DNA of 63,870 bases, the filler included, from Sanchytrium tribonematis (Eukaryota): NCBI GenBank assembly GCA_018985235.1. It is 8 parts of 8 records of this genome, joined end to end, with 100 filler letters (N's around TTAATTAATTAA, not from the genome) between each part and the next. Parts side by side here need not be neighbours in the genome. Positions count along the whole stretch, not along the records: positions 53,360 to 58,567 come from JADGIG010000628.1; positions 58,668 to 63,870 come from JADGIG010000629.1; 6 more parts are not named here. The stretch is one strand, 5' to 3'. The translations under genes and the position numbers were made by a program. Every line of letters begins with the position of its first letter. Positions within the stretch are counted from its first letter, which is position 1. The notes below the pieces were generated by a model. The model worked only from the letters and a program-made list of their open reading frames with translations, made no database searches and was not told the origin of the DNA. Below are positions 54,724 to 63,870 of the stretch, piece by piece.

Positions 54724-54853
54724 TGATGAGAAATGTGGGTGTTTCAAGGGAGAAACGCGGAAGATCACAAGAGATATTTGTACGATGCTGTATCACATTG
54801 CCAGATGATGCTTTGTTTTGCAGTGTGATGCCAGTTGATCCACATATTATTTA

Positions 54854-56443
54854 TTAAATCACAAATACTCCCATAATTCCCCACAAAATACTAATTACAT
54901 TTCCAGCATTCTTGGTCGTTTCTTGAGCATTCTGAGTCTTCTGCTCAATAGGGGATGTCTTGATCACTACATAATCAGTCGTGACAGTAGAATTCGTCAT
55001 ATTCGTGTGTGTAAATGTCATCTGATGCCCATTTCCACCATTACCTTCTTCTCCTTCTCCATTTCCGTCTTCACAATCAATATTCTGAGTATTTGCACCA
55101 TCTTTAACAGAGGCTGAATTGTCAATGGATGAAAAATGACTGGTTCCCACCGTGTAAATGGATAGATTTGGTGTCGATTGCGCATTTGTTGATTTGGCAG
55201 AAGAAATGGCAGAAGTTGACATTTGCAGTGTGACAGACGATGTGGCAGACGATGTAGCAGACTCTGTACTTAATAGATTAGATGGCTGTAATGTGGAAAT
55301 TGTTGAAGATGTCAAAATGCTGCTTGTTTCCATTTGTTCTGTTGTAGATTTTTGTGTGCTCGCTTCTGTATTTGTAGATTGTGTAGCAGAAGATGATCCC
55401 TCTGAACTTGAGATTGTATCACTGGTACTAATCGATGCTGCCAATGTGGAAGTTGATTCTATTTGACTCGAAAATGTCTCCGTTGTTTCACTCAAAGTCA
55501 AACTCGAACTCATTCTCAAAGTGGTCGTGATTACAGAGCAACCAGCCAATTCTTCTGCTGTTGGAGTTGTGACATCCCCAGTGCAATAACCCGGATAAGG
55601 ATTTGTTCCCATTGGATTACTGTCCACATTACAAAACATCACTCGACCTAGATCTGCGATAATGAGATTTGTGAATAAATTTATCTGTACATAGATAATT
55701 TCTGCATCTACATAAAGGACTCCTTTGATTTGATTACGGTAAATTCGTAAATCTTTACCTACAAAATGAGAAGAGATGCATCCTGTTAATTGATTTTGAC
55801 TGACATCTAAAGCACTTAGAGAGGCTACAAATGGGGGAATCAATCCTTTCAATTGATTATTATTGGCAACATACGAGAAAATGGATGCGGGAAACTCTGA
55901 CATTGTTCCATTTAATAAATTATTTTGTACCTTGAATACTTGTAAAGTGTCTGGTAAAATAGGGATATCACCAGTAAACTTGTTATCGGAAGCATACATT
56001 GCTATAATCCCAGTCGGTAATATGGGCAGTGGACCACTCAATGAACAAGTGTAAATTGAAAGAATTTGAAGATTGGTTGGTAAATTGGACACCGATCCGC
56101 TTAAAGAAGTACTTGCAGCATAAAACTGTGTCAATGAATTAGGGAGATTATTTGGAAATGGTCCAGTGATGGGATTGTCATTCACAGTAAGAAAGTCCAA
56201 TTTGGATGGAAATGGATTTCCTTGAAATTGACCATCTAAAGTTAATAAATTACCCCAATCAATTCTAGTGACTCTTTCCTCTCCTTCAATGGTGCTGCAA
56301 GTAATTCCTGTAGCAGTACAGCAGTCATTTTGATAGTTTTGATAATCTGTGGGAAATTTTTGATCAAAGTGGAGGTCTTGTGCTAATTGAACGACTAATG
56401 GACAGTCTTGTGAAACTGCATAGACTAAAGAATGAAATAGCAT
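54854..56443 (-). CDS. Secreted LRR protein with Ser/Thr stalk and GPI/TM-like C-terminus (paralog A)
   Basis: Short signal peptide, DCP..CC..C cap, LP..L..F....N.L.G repeats, S/T-rich region, hydrophobic end. Confidence 0.85.
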   Translation of the reverse strand: MLFHSLVYAVSQDCPLVVQLAQDLHFDQKFPTDYQNYQNDCCTATGITCSTIEGEERVTRIDWGNLLTLDGQFQGNPFPSKLDFLTVNDNPITGPFPNNLPNSLTQFYAASTSLSGSVSNLPTNLQILSIYTCSLSGPLPILPTGIIAMYASDNKFTGDIPILPDTLQVFKVQNNLLNGTMSEFPASIFSYVANNNQLKGLIPPFVASLSALDVSQNQLTGCISSHFVGKDLRIYRNQIKGVLYVDAEIIYVQINLFTNLIIADLGRVMFCNVDSNPMGTNPYPGYCTGDVTTPTAEELAGCSVITTTLRMSSSLTLSETTETFSSQIESTSTLAASISTSDTISSSEGSSSATQSTNTEASTQKSTTEQMETSSILTSSTISTLQPSNLLSTESATSSATSSVTLQMSTSAISSAKSTNAQSTPNLSIYTVGTSHFSSIDNSASVKDGANTQNIDCEDGNGEGEEGNGGNGHQMTFTHTNMTNSTVTTDYVVIKTSPIEQKTQNAQETTKNAGNVISILWGIMGVFVI

Positions 56444-56626
56444 CTGCTCTACTCCAAAAAATGTTTCAGATAGGTCTGCTTCTAAAACTATTTGATAACG
56501 ACGTATCAGCGTGTTTGACGTGTAAAAAAACTTAAAAATGTGACCACGACGTGATTTTCATCGTGAAAAGAGCTTTCAAGAGACTGAATCAAAGAATAAG
56601 AATTCATTTTATTGACTAATAATTTA

Positions 56627-58201
56627 TTAAATTACAAATAGTCCCAATAATCCCCACAAAGCACAAATTACATTTCCAGCATTCTTGGTTGTTTCTTGAG
56701 CATTCTGAGTCTTCTGCTCAATAGGGGATGTTTTTACCACCAAATGATCAGTAGTGACTGTTGAATTAGTTAGATTGGTGCGTGTCAATGTCATCTGGTG
56801 CCCATTCCCGCCATTGCCTTCTTTCCCTTCTCCATTTCCGTCTTCACAATCAATATTCTGAGTATCTGTGCCATCTTTAGACGTTGAACTATCAACAGAT
56901 GAGAAATGACTGGTTCCCACTGTATAAATGGATAATGGAGCAGATGACTGTGTGTTTGCTGATTTCTGAGATTCAGTACTCGTTGAATTTTGGGTAGACT
57001 GGGTTGGCTGCATTGTGGAAGTCGCTGAAGACACAATCAAGGTGCTAGACGAAGTAGCAGTTTGAGTGGTCATCTCAGCACTACTTGACGGTACAGTAGA
57101 AGAGATTACTTCTGAGCTAGAAATTGCGCTGGATATTTGACTCGATGAGGTCTCCGTTGTTTGACTCGGATTATTTGTGCTATCCGCGGCACTCGATTGA
57201 GATGAGACAGCAGATTCAGTCTGGCTAGAAATTGTCTCCGTTGTTTGAATTGAACCTAAAATCGAAGAGCTAGCAGACAAAGTGGTTGTTATTGCATTAC
57301 ACCCAAGTAATTCTTCTGCTGTTGGGTTTCTTACGGTTCCAACGCATAAACCTGGATATGGATTGGTTCCCATGGGATTATTGTCGATAAGACAATCTTG
57401 CACTTGATCTGGATTATCAATGATAATATTTGTGAGCAAATTCGATTGGACATAAATATACTTAGAATTTACGTGGATCGTTCCTTGAATCTTATTTTGA
57501 GTAATTCGAAAATCATCACCAGTAAAATGAGAGGAAATGCATCCTGTAAACTCATTATGACTGAGATCCAAAACTCCAGTGGATTGCTGGAAGGGCGGTA
57601 CGAATCCCTTTAATCGATTATTACTTGCAGTAAACACATATATAGCTGTGGGAAAATTGGTTAAAGTTCCATTTAATAAATTGTTTTCAACGCTAAAAGT
57701 TTCAAGACTATTTGGAAGTAGTGGGATAGAACCAGTAAATTGATTATCGTTTGCATAAAATGTCACAATTCCATTTGGTAATAAAGGAATCGGGCCACTA
57801 AAAAAAGAAGCGTAGAGTGATAAAAATTGGATGTTTGGTGGTAAATTGGTAATCAATCCACTCATTAGCGTACTGGCAAAATTTAATTGGGTGATTGTAC
57901 TGGGAAGATTATTGGGAAATGGGCCAGAAACAGGATTATTATAAATACTGAAAAGATTTAAATTTGATGGAAAAGGACTTGTTTTCATTTGGCCATCCAA
58001 ATCTAAGTTGCTCCATTCTATCCTGAGCACTCTTTGATCGCCATTTACAGTACCACAGGCTATACTGCTGGTCGAGCAGCAATCACCTTGATAAGCCTGA
58101 TAAAGATTAGGCTGTTTTTGATCCAAGTGAAGATCTTGCGCTAGTTGTAATACTAGTGGACAATCTTGTGAGACTGAGAAAAGCATAGAAAAGAATAACA
58201 T
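56627..58201 (-). CDS. Secreted LRR protein with Ser/Thr stalk and GPI/TM-like C-terminus (paralog B)
   Basis: Collinear tandem paralog of 54854-56443. Confidence 0.85.
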   Translation of the reverse strand: MLFFSMLFSVSQDCPLVLQLAQDLHLDQKQPNLYQAYQGDCCSTSSIACGTVNGDQRVLRIEWSNLDLDGQMKTSPFPSNLNLFSIYNNPVSGPFPNNLPSTITQLNFASTLMSGLITNLPPNIQFLSLYASFFSGPIPLLPNGIVTFYANDNQFTGSIPLLPNSLETFSVENNLLNGTLTNFPTAIYVFTASNNRLKGFVPPFQQSTGVLDLSHNEFTGCISSHFTGDDFRITQNKIQGTIHVNSKYIYVQSNLLTNIIIDNPDQVQDCLIDNNPMGTNPYPGLCVGTVRNPTAEELLGCNAITTTLSASSSILGSIQTTETISSQTESAVSSQSSAADSTNNPSQTTETSSSQISSAISSSEVISSTVPSSSAEMTTQTATSSSTLIVSSATSTMQPTQSTQNSTSTESQKSANTQSSAPLSIYTVGTSHFSSVDSSTSKDGTDTQNIDCEDGNGEGKEGNGGNGHQMTLTRTNLTNSTVTTDHLVVKTSPIEQKTQNAQETTKNAGNVICALWGLLGLFVI

Positions 58202-58386
58202 TCTGCTTCAAAAGATGTTTCACAATTTACGTGTCAAAATCATTTATTATTGATAACGACGTAGTAGCGTGTCAGAAGCGTGTGTGAAATATGTCCACGA
58301 CGTGCTTCTCAAATTGAAAAATCTAGAACATTCAATTTATTGACTTGTTTATTATTTAAAAAGAAATGATTCACCAAGAAATATTC

Positions 58387-58567
58387 TAAACGTGTTTATT
58401 GAAAAATGACTGCAATAATCCATAAATTGACAACAATAGACAAACTTGCTTGACTCTCAGATCCTTTATTTGTATTATTTGTATTTGTGAGTGTCGCATC
58501 ATCAGTATTTGTTTTATTTTTATTAATAAATTGATTAATTGTAGTCATTTTTCAATAAACACGTTTA
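58387..58567. repeat. Inverted repeat (30-bp arms, 1 mismatch), MITE-like, at contig end
   Basis: TAAACGTGTTTATTGAAAAATGACTGCAAT (58387-58416) vs the reverse complement of 58538-58567. Confidence 0.7.
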
Positions 58568-58667
58568 NNNNNNNNNNNNNNNNNNNNNNNNNNNNNNNNN
58601 NNNNNNNNNNNTTAATTAATTAANNNNNNNNNNNNNNNNNNNNNNNNNNNNNNNNNNNNNNNNNNNN

Positions 58668-59315
58668 GTTGAGTAATTGTTGGTATTTATACTTGTAAAT
58701 GGATAATTGTGATTTTAAATTCTTGAATTCTTCATTTTCATGAGTTATTATTTTATTTTCATGTAATTCTGTGGATAATACATGTAATTCCATGTCATGA
58801 GGTGCATGTGCATGTAATATTTGTAATATATTCACATCATTAGTACATTCCAATAAATTGCGATGGATTTGAGCACCCAAATTCAATAATTCTAAAATGA
58901 CACTTAATTGACCCAATTCAACTGCAATGCGTAATGCCGTCTTGCCATGTTGATTTATATAATTCACATCTACACCATTGGCTATCAAACACCTAATTAA
59001 TTCTAAATATCTCTTTTCAACAGCAATTGTCAATGCGGTGTGTCCATTTGGTGATTCTAATGAGATATTAATGGATTGACTGATTAAATACTCAATAATA
59101 TCCATATGGTTGACTTGACAAGCCACCATAAAGATGGAATAATCATCATTCATGAAATTGAGATGAGCACCCTTTGAAATTAATAATTTTATTAAATTTA
59201 ATTTGGACTCTTGTACTGCAACATACAATGGTGTCTTGCTGTGTATAATTTGGTTGATTTGTGATAATGTCATGGATTGAATGTGATGCATTTGAATATT
59301 AAATATCCATGACAT
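58668..59315 (-). CDS. Ankyrin-repeat protein, 3'-truncated
   Basis: TPLYVAV..LLISKGA, GHTALTIAV..LIANGVDVN, GKTALRIAV. Confidence 0.88.
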
Positions 59316-59351
59316 TGTTTGAAAAATTAAAATGATGACAATTTATTGGAT

Positions 59352-59672
59352 TTAACACGGTTTGATGCTGTAAGCAGGATCACATTGTCCTTTAAAATTG
59401 GGAATGGCAGATTCGCAGCTATAAACATATTTCAATCCTGGTTTCGTAGCTTGAGGGTTTTTTTGATACTTGTAAAACGGACCTGGACGATCTGGACGAA
59501 TTGGACGACCTGAAGGCGGAAATTTTTGTTGGACTGGAGGCGATACACTCTCTCTTTGTACGCAATACGGTAAACCTGGTTTACACATAACGCCATTGTT
59601 AGGGCCACAAAGCTTCCCTGATTTTGCAGTACTTGTTGCTGCGAATAATAGGGTTGTTAAAATGGAGATCAT
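59352..59672 (-). CDS. Small secreted Cys/Pro-rich protein
   Basis: MISILTTLLFA signal, six Cys, RPxRPxRP segment. Confidence 0.65.
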   Translation of the reverse strand: MISILTTLLFAATSTAKSGKLCGPNNGVMCKPGLPYCVQRESVSPPVQQKFPPSGRPIRPDRPGPFYKYQKNPQATKPGLKYVYSCESAIPNFKGQCDPAYSIKPC

Positions 59673-59887
59673 TGAGAGTGGGGATGATGACATTCATATA
59701 GTGATTTATTAATTGATTTGACATTTGATTGGCCTTTTTCATCTTGCACATGTTTCTTAATTGGTTACATTTTAAATTAATTAAAAACAAGCAATTTTAA
59801 TTCAATTTATGCATCTTTATTATGCCCACAAATTGACTCAAATGTTCCCAATGTCATTTCCAAATACAATAAGACTTCATTTATTAT

Positions 59888-61402
59888 TCAATAATAATCC
59901 TTCCATGCTTCTGAGACACTCCATTTTTTACCAGTCATCATGGCAGCCAATCCCCTTAACAACATGGCAGTACGAAATACCATAATCACATCAGTAGGGA
60001 ATTTAATAGTTTTATCTTGTTTTTCTAAATACTCCATATATTGTGGAATATTTCTATTTTTCATTAAAGTGGCATCTTCTCTGTCCATTTGCAATAATAC
60101 TTTCTCAAATGTGATTTGTGGATTCATGAATTGACTTTTAAATCCCATTTTAGTGTAAATATCAAATGTTTGTTGAATTTGATTAGAATTTAAAGATTTA
60201 TAGAGTATTTTCAAATCATGGATAGTGGATTCATTGATTTCTTTGACTTGGCCATAATCAATTAATCCAATATTGCCATTTTCAAGGATCCAAATATTAC
60301 CAATATGAGGATCACCATTAAACACACCATTTTTAAAGATTTGATGGGCGTGTACTTTGAAAATTGTACTCGTTATTTCATTGGCATTGATTAATTGCCA
60401 TTGATTGAATTGAAATTTGGGGAAAATGAGACCAAAAGTGTGATTATAACACTTTTTAAGCCATTCTAATGAGATACTGTAAGAATATAGCATGAAATTA
60501 CGAGTCATTAATGCATATTTCCATTTAGAATGTTCTACACGCTTGAAATGGGCTTGTAATTCAGAAATATTCGCATATCCCATTTTTTTAGCATAATCAT
60601 TTAATCTGAATTGGAATCCATCTAGTAATTTATGACCATAAAATCTTTCCATGACGAGGCATGTGGGTGTGCAATATTCTAAATAGGGGACTGGAATTTT
60701 GACATTTTTGAAATGAGGGTGAATGTTATTTCCGACGCGTTGAAGCATATTGGCTTCTCTTAAAAAGTCAAATTCCATTTTAAATTGCTTTTCAAATTCA
60801 TCAATAAATGGCAATTGGTCAGGACGCGCTAATTCACAGAAAAATCGACCATTTTTGAAATCCAAATCAAATGACTTTTTAGTCTCTTTAAATTGGATTT
60901 TGATCACCACGTCTTGATTATTTATTAGTTTTGCAGCATGTACTTGTCCAATAGATGCAGAACCCAATGGAATTGGATCGAATTCTTTAAATATATTTGA
61001 GATTGGTTGTTTAATCGCGGATTCTACCAAATCAATAGCTTCTTGGCCTTCTACATGTGGGGCGTGATCTAATAATACTTTAAATACATCCCTATATTCT
61101 TTTGGTAATACATCTTGTCGAGAACAAGCAACTTGTCCCAATTTAATGAATAATCCCCTCAAATTGAGAAACATATCCAATATAATGGGCGCATATTTAG
61201 TATGTAACCTGGTGAATTCAATATCTTGTATATCTTCTGGTAAATCTTGTGTTTTATACTCGATATATTTATAATGACAGAAAATTGGTGTTAATACACC
61301 CCAGAATAGTATGGGTCTTTTGTAAGCATATTCTTTTGGGTCTGCTTGATATGTGAATGCAGAAAATCCAACAAATGAAAGACCCGCGATTCTTTTGAAC
61401 AT
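59888..61402 (-). CDS. ABC1/UbiB (ADCK) atypical kinase
   Basis: GLFIKLGQ, ASIGQVH, VVIKIQ, EFDFLREA, DPHIGN, LIDYG. Confidence 0.92.
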   Translation of the reverse strand: MFKRIAGLSFVGFSAFTYQADPKEYAYKRPILFWGVLTPIFCHYKYIEYKTQDLPEDIQDIEFTRLHTKYAPIILDMFLNLRGLFIKLGQVACSRQDVLPKEYRDVFKVLLDHAPHVEGQEAIDLVESAIKQPISNIFKEFDPIPLGSASIGQVHAAKLINNQDVVIKIQFKETKKSFDLDFKNGRFFCELARPDQLPFIDEFEKQFKMEFDFLREANMLQRVGNNIHPHFKNVKIPVPYLEYCTPTCLVMERFYGHKLLDGFQFRLNDYAKKMGYANISELQAHFKRVEHSKWKYALMTRNFMLYSYSISLEWLKKCYNHTFGLIFPKFQFNQWQLINANEITSTIFKVHAHQIFKNGVFNGDPHIGNIWILENGNIGLIDYGQVKEINESTIHDLKILYKSLNSNQIQQTFDIYTKMGFKSQFMNPQITFEKVLLQMDREDATLMKNRNIPQYMEYLEKQDKTIKFPTDVIMVFRTAMLLRGLAAMMTGKKWSVSEAWKDYY

Positions 61403-61445
61403 GTTTCAATCGTTTCAAAATAAATTCAGGACAGAAGATTTATTT

Positions 61446-62033
61446 TTATAACTCTTTTGCACTGTCTGCAGCCATTTGCAACTCATATTCATTCACCATT
61501 CTGTTCAAACAAGATGATTCCAATGCCATATTATGAATATTCTCAAATTCATTGTGATATAATAATTGAAACACTTGCAAATGAATCACTTTTTGACGAT
61601 GCTGAAGCAATTTCATATAATAATCACACATCCCACGACATATGTCTTCAAATCCAATGACAATATTGGTATTATAAATGGATTTTAATGAATAAAGCAT
61701 TTGTTTCATTGGTTTTTGAGGAACTTCTAGTAATCCCATAAATAATAAGAGAGATAATTCGATTTTAATGCCTGTAGATGGCATCAATCCAATCATAAAT
61801 ACAACAGATTCTATTAAATCTTGTAAATGGTTGCAAGATTGATAAATTTGGCCAAATATGAAATGAGATTCTAGAAATTGGATAACAGATTGGCGGGTAT
61901 AGTTGGTACTTACTAATGATTTCCATATGGATCTATATTTCCATAATAATGGTAGTTCAAATCCTTGCAAATGGATGGAATCATTTAAATTTAGAAATTT
62001 TAGAATTTCTAGTTTGATGTCATTGTGAGCCAT
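61446..62033 (-). CDS. Hypothetical protein
   Basis: ATG ORF of 195 aa; no motif. Confidence 0.5.
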   Translation of the reverse strand: MAHNDIKLEILKFLNLNDSIHLQGFELPLLWKYRSIWKSLVSTNYTRQSVIQFLESHFIFGQIYQSCNHLQDLIESVVFMIGLMPSTGIKIELSLLLFMGLLEVPQKPMKQMLYSLKSIYNTNIVIGFEDICRGMCDYYMKLLQHRQKVIHLQVFQLLYHNEFENIHNMALESSCLNRMVNEYELQMAADSAKEL

Positions 62034-62241
62034 TACCCACTTCGTCTATACGTGATTTTGTTGGCAATTTGAATATCTTTTGAGACTCTGAATTGATTTG
62101 CAAGATGAATGGACGGTGAAACTGTGTTTGAGTGACGATTAGTGATTTTTGGGATGGGTGTTAAATTTTGCAGACGCAATCAAAGATCCAATATACACAG
62201 ACGCTGTAACAGCTCTGTTTTCAAATGACCAAGCTGAGTTC

Positions 62242-62337
62242 TGATTGGATTTACCAGTCCTCAAGTGCGATTTTAAAGATCTGTGATTGGATTTACCAGT
62301 CTAAATGTGCAATTTTGGAGACATGTGATTGGATTTA
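62242..62337. promoter_or_regulatory. Three CCAAT boxes in a 42-bp tandem repeat
   Basis: TGATTGGATTTA at 62242, 62284 and 62326. Confidence 0.7.
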
Positions 62338-62424
62338 ACGCGTGCAAGATATTATCAGGTCTGTAGAATCTACTGCAAAACAATGTCGTCAATTTAAACT
62401 CACTATATCCCCCGCATCATTCAA

Positions 62425-62841
62425 ATGCAAACCAGAACTTTACAAACTTATCTAAAATCTATCCAATTTACGGATGCAGAGATCAAAAATATACAGTATG
62501 CCCAAAGAGGATTGAATATTCCGTTGCATAGCGTATTATGCGCTATTTATTACTTTGAATTAATGGATACTCAAAATCATTACATCAATTTCTGCGCGTG
62601 CTTGTTTCTAGCATATAAATTGGATCAAGATGAATATGTGCTTGCTAAAACTTATGGTAGATTGGTCAAAATACATCCAACAACCATCATCAAGTACGAA
62701 AAGAGATTATTAAAAATGTTGAATTATGCTGTCTTTATTGATCTACAATACTTACAGGATATATTCAAGCGTATTACATACTATAGTCATCGCATTCAAA
62801 CGCCAATAAGCCCTCAAAGTCCATTAATTTCAATAAATTAA
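62425..62841 (+). CDS. Small Pho85-type (Pcl/Clg1-like) cyclin-fold protein
   Basis: AIYYF, ACLFLAYKLDQD, YEKRLLKMLNY. Confidence 0.7.
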   Translation: MQTRTLQTYLKSIQFTDAEIKNIQYAQRGLNIPLHSVLCAIYYFELMDTQNHYINFCACLFLAYKLDQDEYVLAKTYGRLVKIHPTTIIKYEKRLLKMLNYAVFIDLQYLQDIFKRITYYSHRIQTPISPQSPLISIN

Positions 62842-63189
62842 TTTTGATTTTCTTTGAAACACGTTGAAATGGGTCATATTTGTGCAGAAATTGAAATCCA
62901 AGTTGCAAACTTAATAGCCATAGCAAGAAAGAAACATAAAAAGAGATATGGTAGAAAGAAAGTATCCATTGAGATCCAAACAGATCCCATTATCAAGGAG
63001 CAATTGACATTTTACCCAAAATTCAATGAAATGAAGAAAATTAAAAATCATACCAAATAAATCAATCGTGACTCTATGGGGGGATGTAAATGATCCAATT
63101 CCTGAGTATATTACAAAATTCTGTGGTCCAATCACAAATTCTTAATTTCCTGTGTGAGATGATAAAAGAGAGACGCTCGTCGTTTGACA

Positions 63190-63657
63190 ATGACTCCGCT
63201 ATTCTCTTTGATTGCCATTGCAAGTGCAACAGGTACAGATCCATTCCCTGATCCATCACTTGATAAATATGAAATAGCCGTACAAAATCTTGCGGATTCC
63301 ACTGGTGTAAACGTCACACCAATTAGCCAAGCACCAAGTGTTACCGGGATATTGCGGCAAGTCTACGCTTTGATGAACCTAGAGAAGTCGGAGTTGTCAA
63401 AAATTGACAAAACAAATAGACCAAAGGTGGTTGAGACGCTTCAAAAATACCAACCAGTAATGGATTATTTAGGGGCCTTAATACCTTTTTTGGATGATGA
63501 CCCGACGACTAAAGCCAAACTGGAGAAAGCAGTTGATAATTACAAAAATCAGACTGCAACTTTGCTCCCATCTCAAGATGGAAAAGACCAAGGTAAAGGT
63601 GTAAAAGCTGCGGTAGCTCAAGATGGAAAAGACCAAATTTCTGATCTTTTAGCTTAA
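63190..63657 (+). CDS. Small secreted helical protein
   Basis: MTPLFSLIAIASA signal; repeated QDGKDQ. Confidence 0.6.
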   Translation: MTPLFSLIAIASATGTDPFPDPSLDKYEIAVQNLADSTGVNVTPISQAPSVTGILRQVYALMNLEKSELSKIDKTNRPKVVETLQKYQPVMDYLGALIPFLDDDPTTKAKLEKAVDNYKNQTATLLPSQDGKDQGKGVKAAVAQDGKDQISDLLA

Positions 63658-63666
63658 TAAACTTTA

Positions 63667-63870
63667 TTAAGAAATAATACTTGCCAAATACCAAATCCCA
63701 ATACTAGCCATTCCAGATCCAGATGTTTTGGCAGCAGTTGGAGTAGGTGATGCAGATGCATTTGCTTGATCAGCTGCATTACTGATTTGATTGACTGCAT
63801 TCTTAATCTCAGAACTACTTGGACCACTATTATCTGAAAATACTGGTAAATTGGATGGCAAACTATTTGG
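63667..63870 (-). CDS. C-terminus of a Ser/Ala-rich, probably GPI-anchored protein, 5'-truncated
   Basis: SASPTPTAAKTSGSG followed by a hydrophobic tail. Confidence 0.5.
   Translation of the reverse strand, partial: PNSLPSNLPVFSDNSGPSSSEIKNAVNQISNAADQANASASPTPTAAKTSGSGMASIGIWYLASIIS

Overview
The window is not one locus. It is eight unrelated contigs joined by artificial 100-bp spacers (N44-TTAATTAATTAA-N44). The source is an AT-rich, extremely gene-dense eukaryote using the standard code. Fungal-type housekeeping genes, IFT20 and a TMEM249-like gene, a divergent 18S and LRR surface proteins point to an early-diverging zoosporic fungus; a sanchytrid-like parasite is my inference, unverified. 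Contents: about 45 protein genes (MSH2, PGK1, PCNA, RICTOR, DNAJC11, symplekin, TAF11, NHP2, HAP3, QTRT1, transporters, secreted proteases and LRRs), one intron-containing tRNA-Ile(UAU), an rDNA contig (spacer plus 18S with four group I introns at S323, S516, S1052, S1389), and a Helitron/Helentron-like contig. Two systems stand out. (1) Every split gene is repaired by removing an ultra-short 19-20 nt GT-AG intron. All eight such introns share the geometry GTA-N8/9-TNAY-N-YAG with an invariant A six nt from the 3' end, which indicates a miniaturised spliceosomal intron system. (2) A rolling-circle-transposon-like RepHel is fused to an intact Ulp1/SENP SUMO-protease domain and is followed by a Set9/SUV4-20-like H4K20 methyltransferase gene, a candidate chromatin-manipulating transposon. 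All calls are by eye from motifs; no searches were run.
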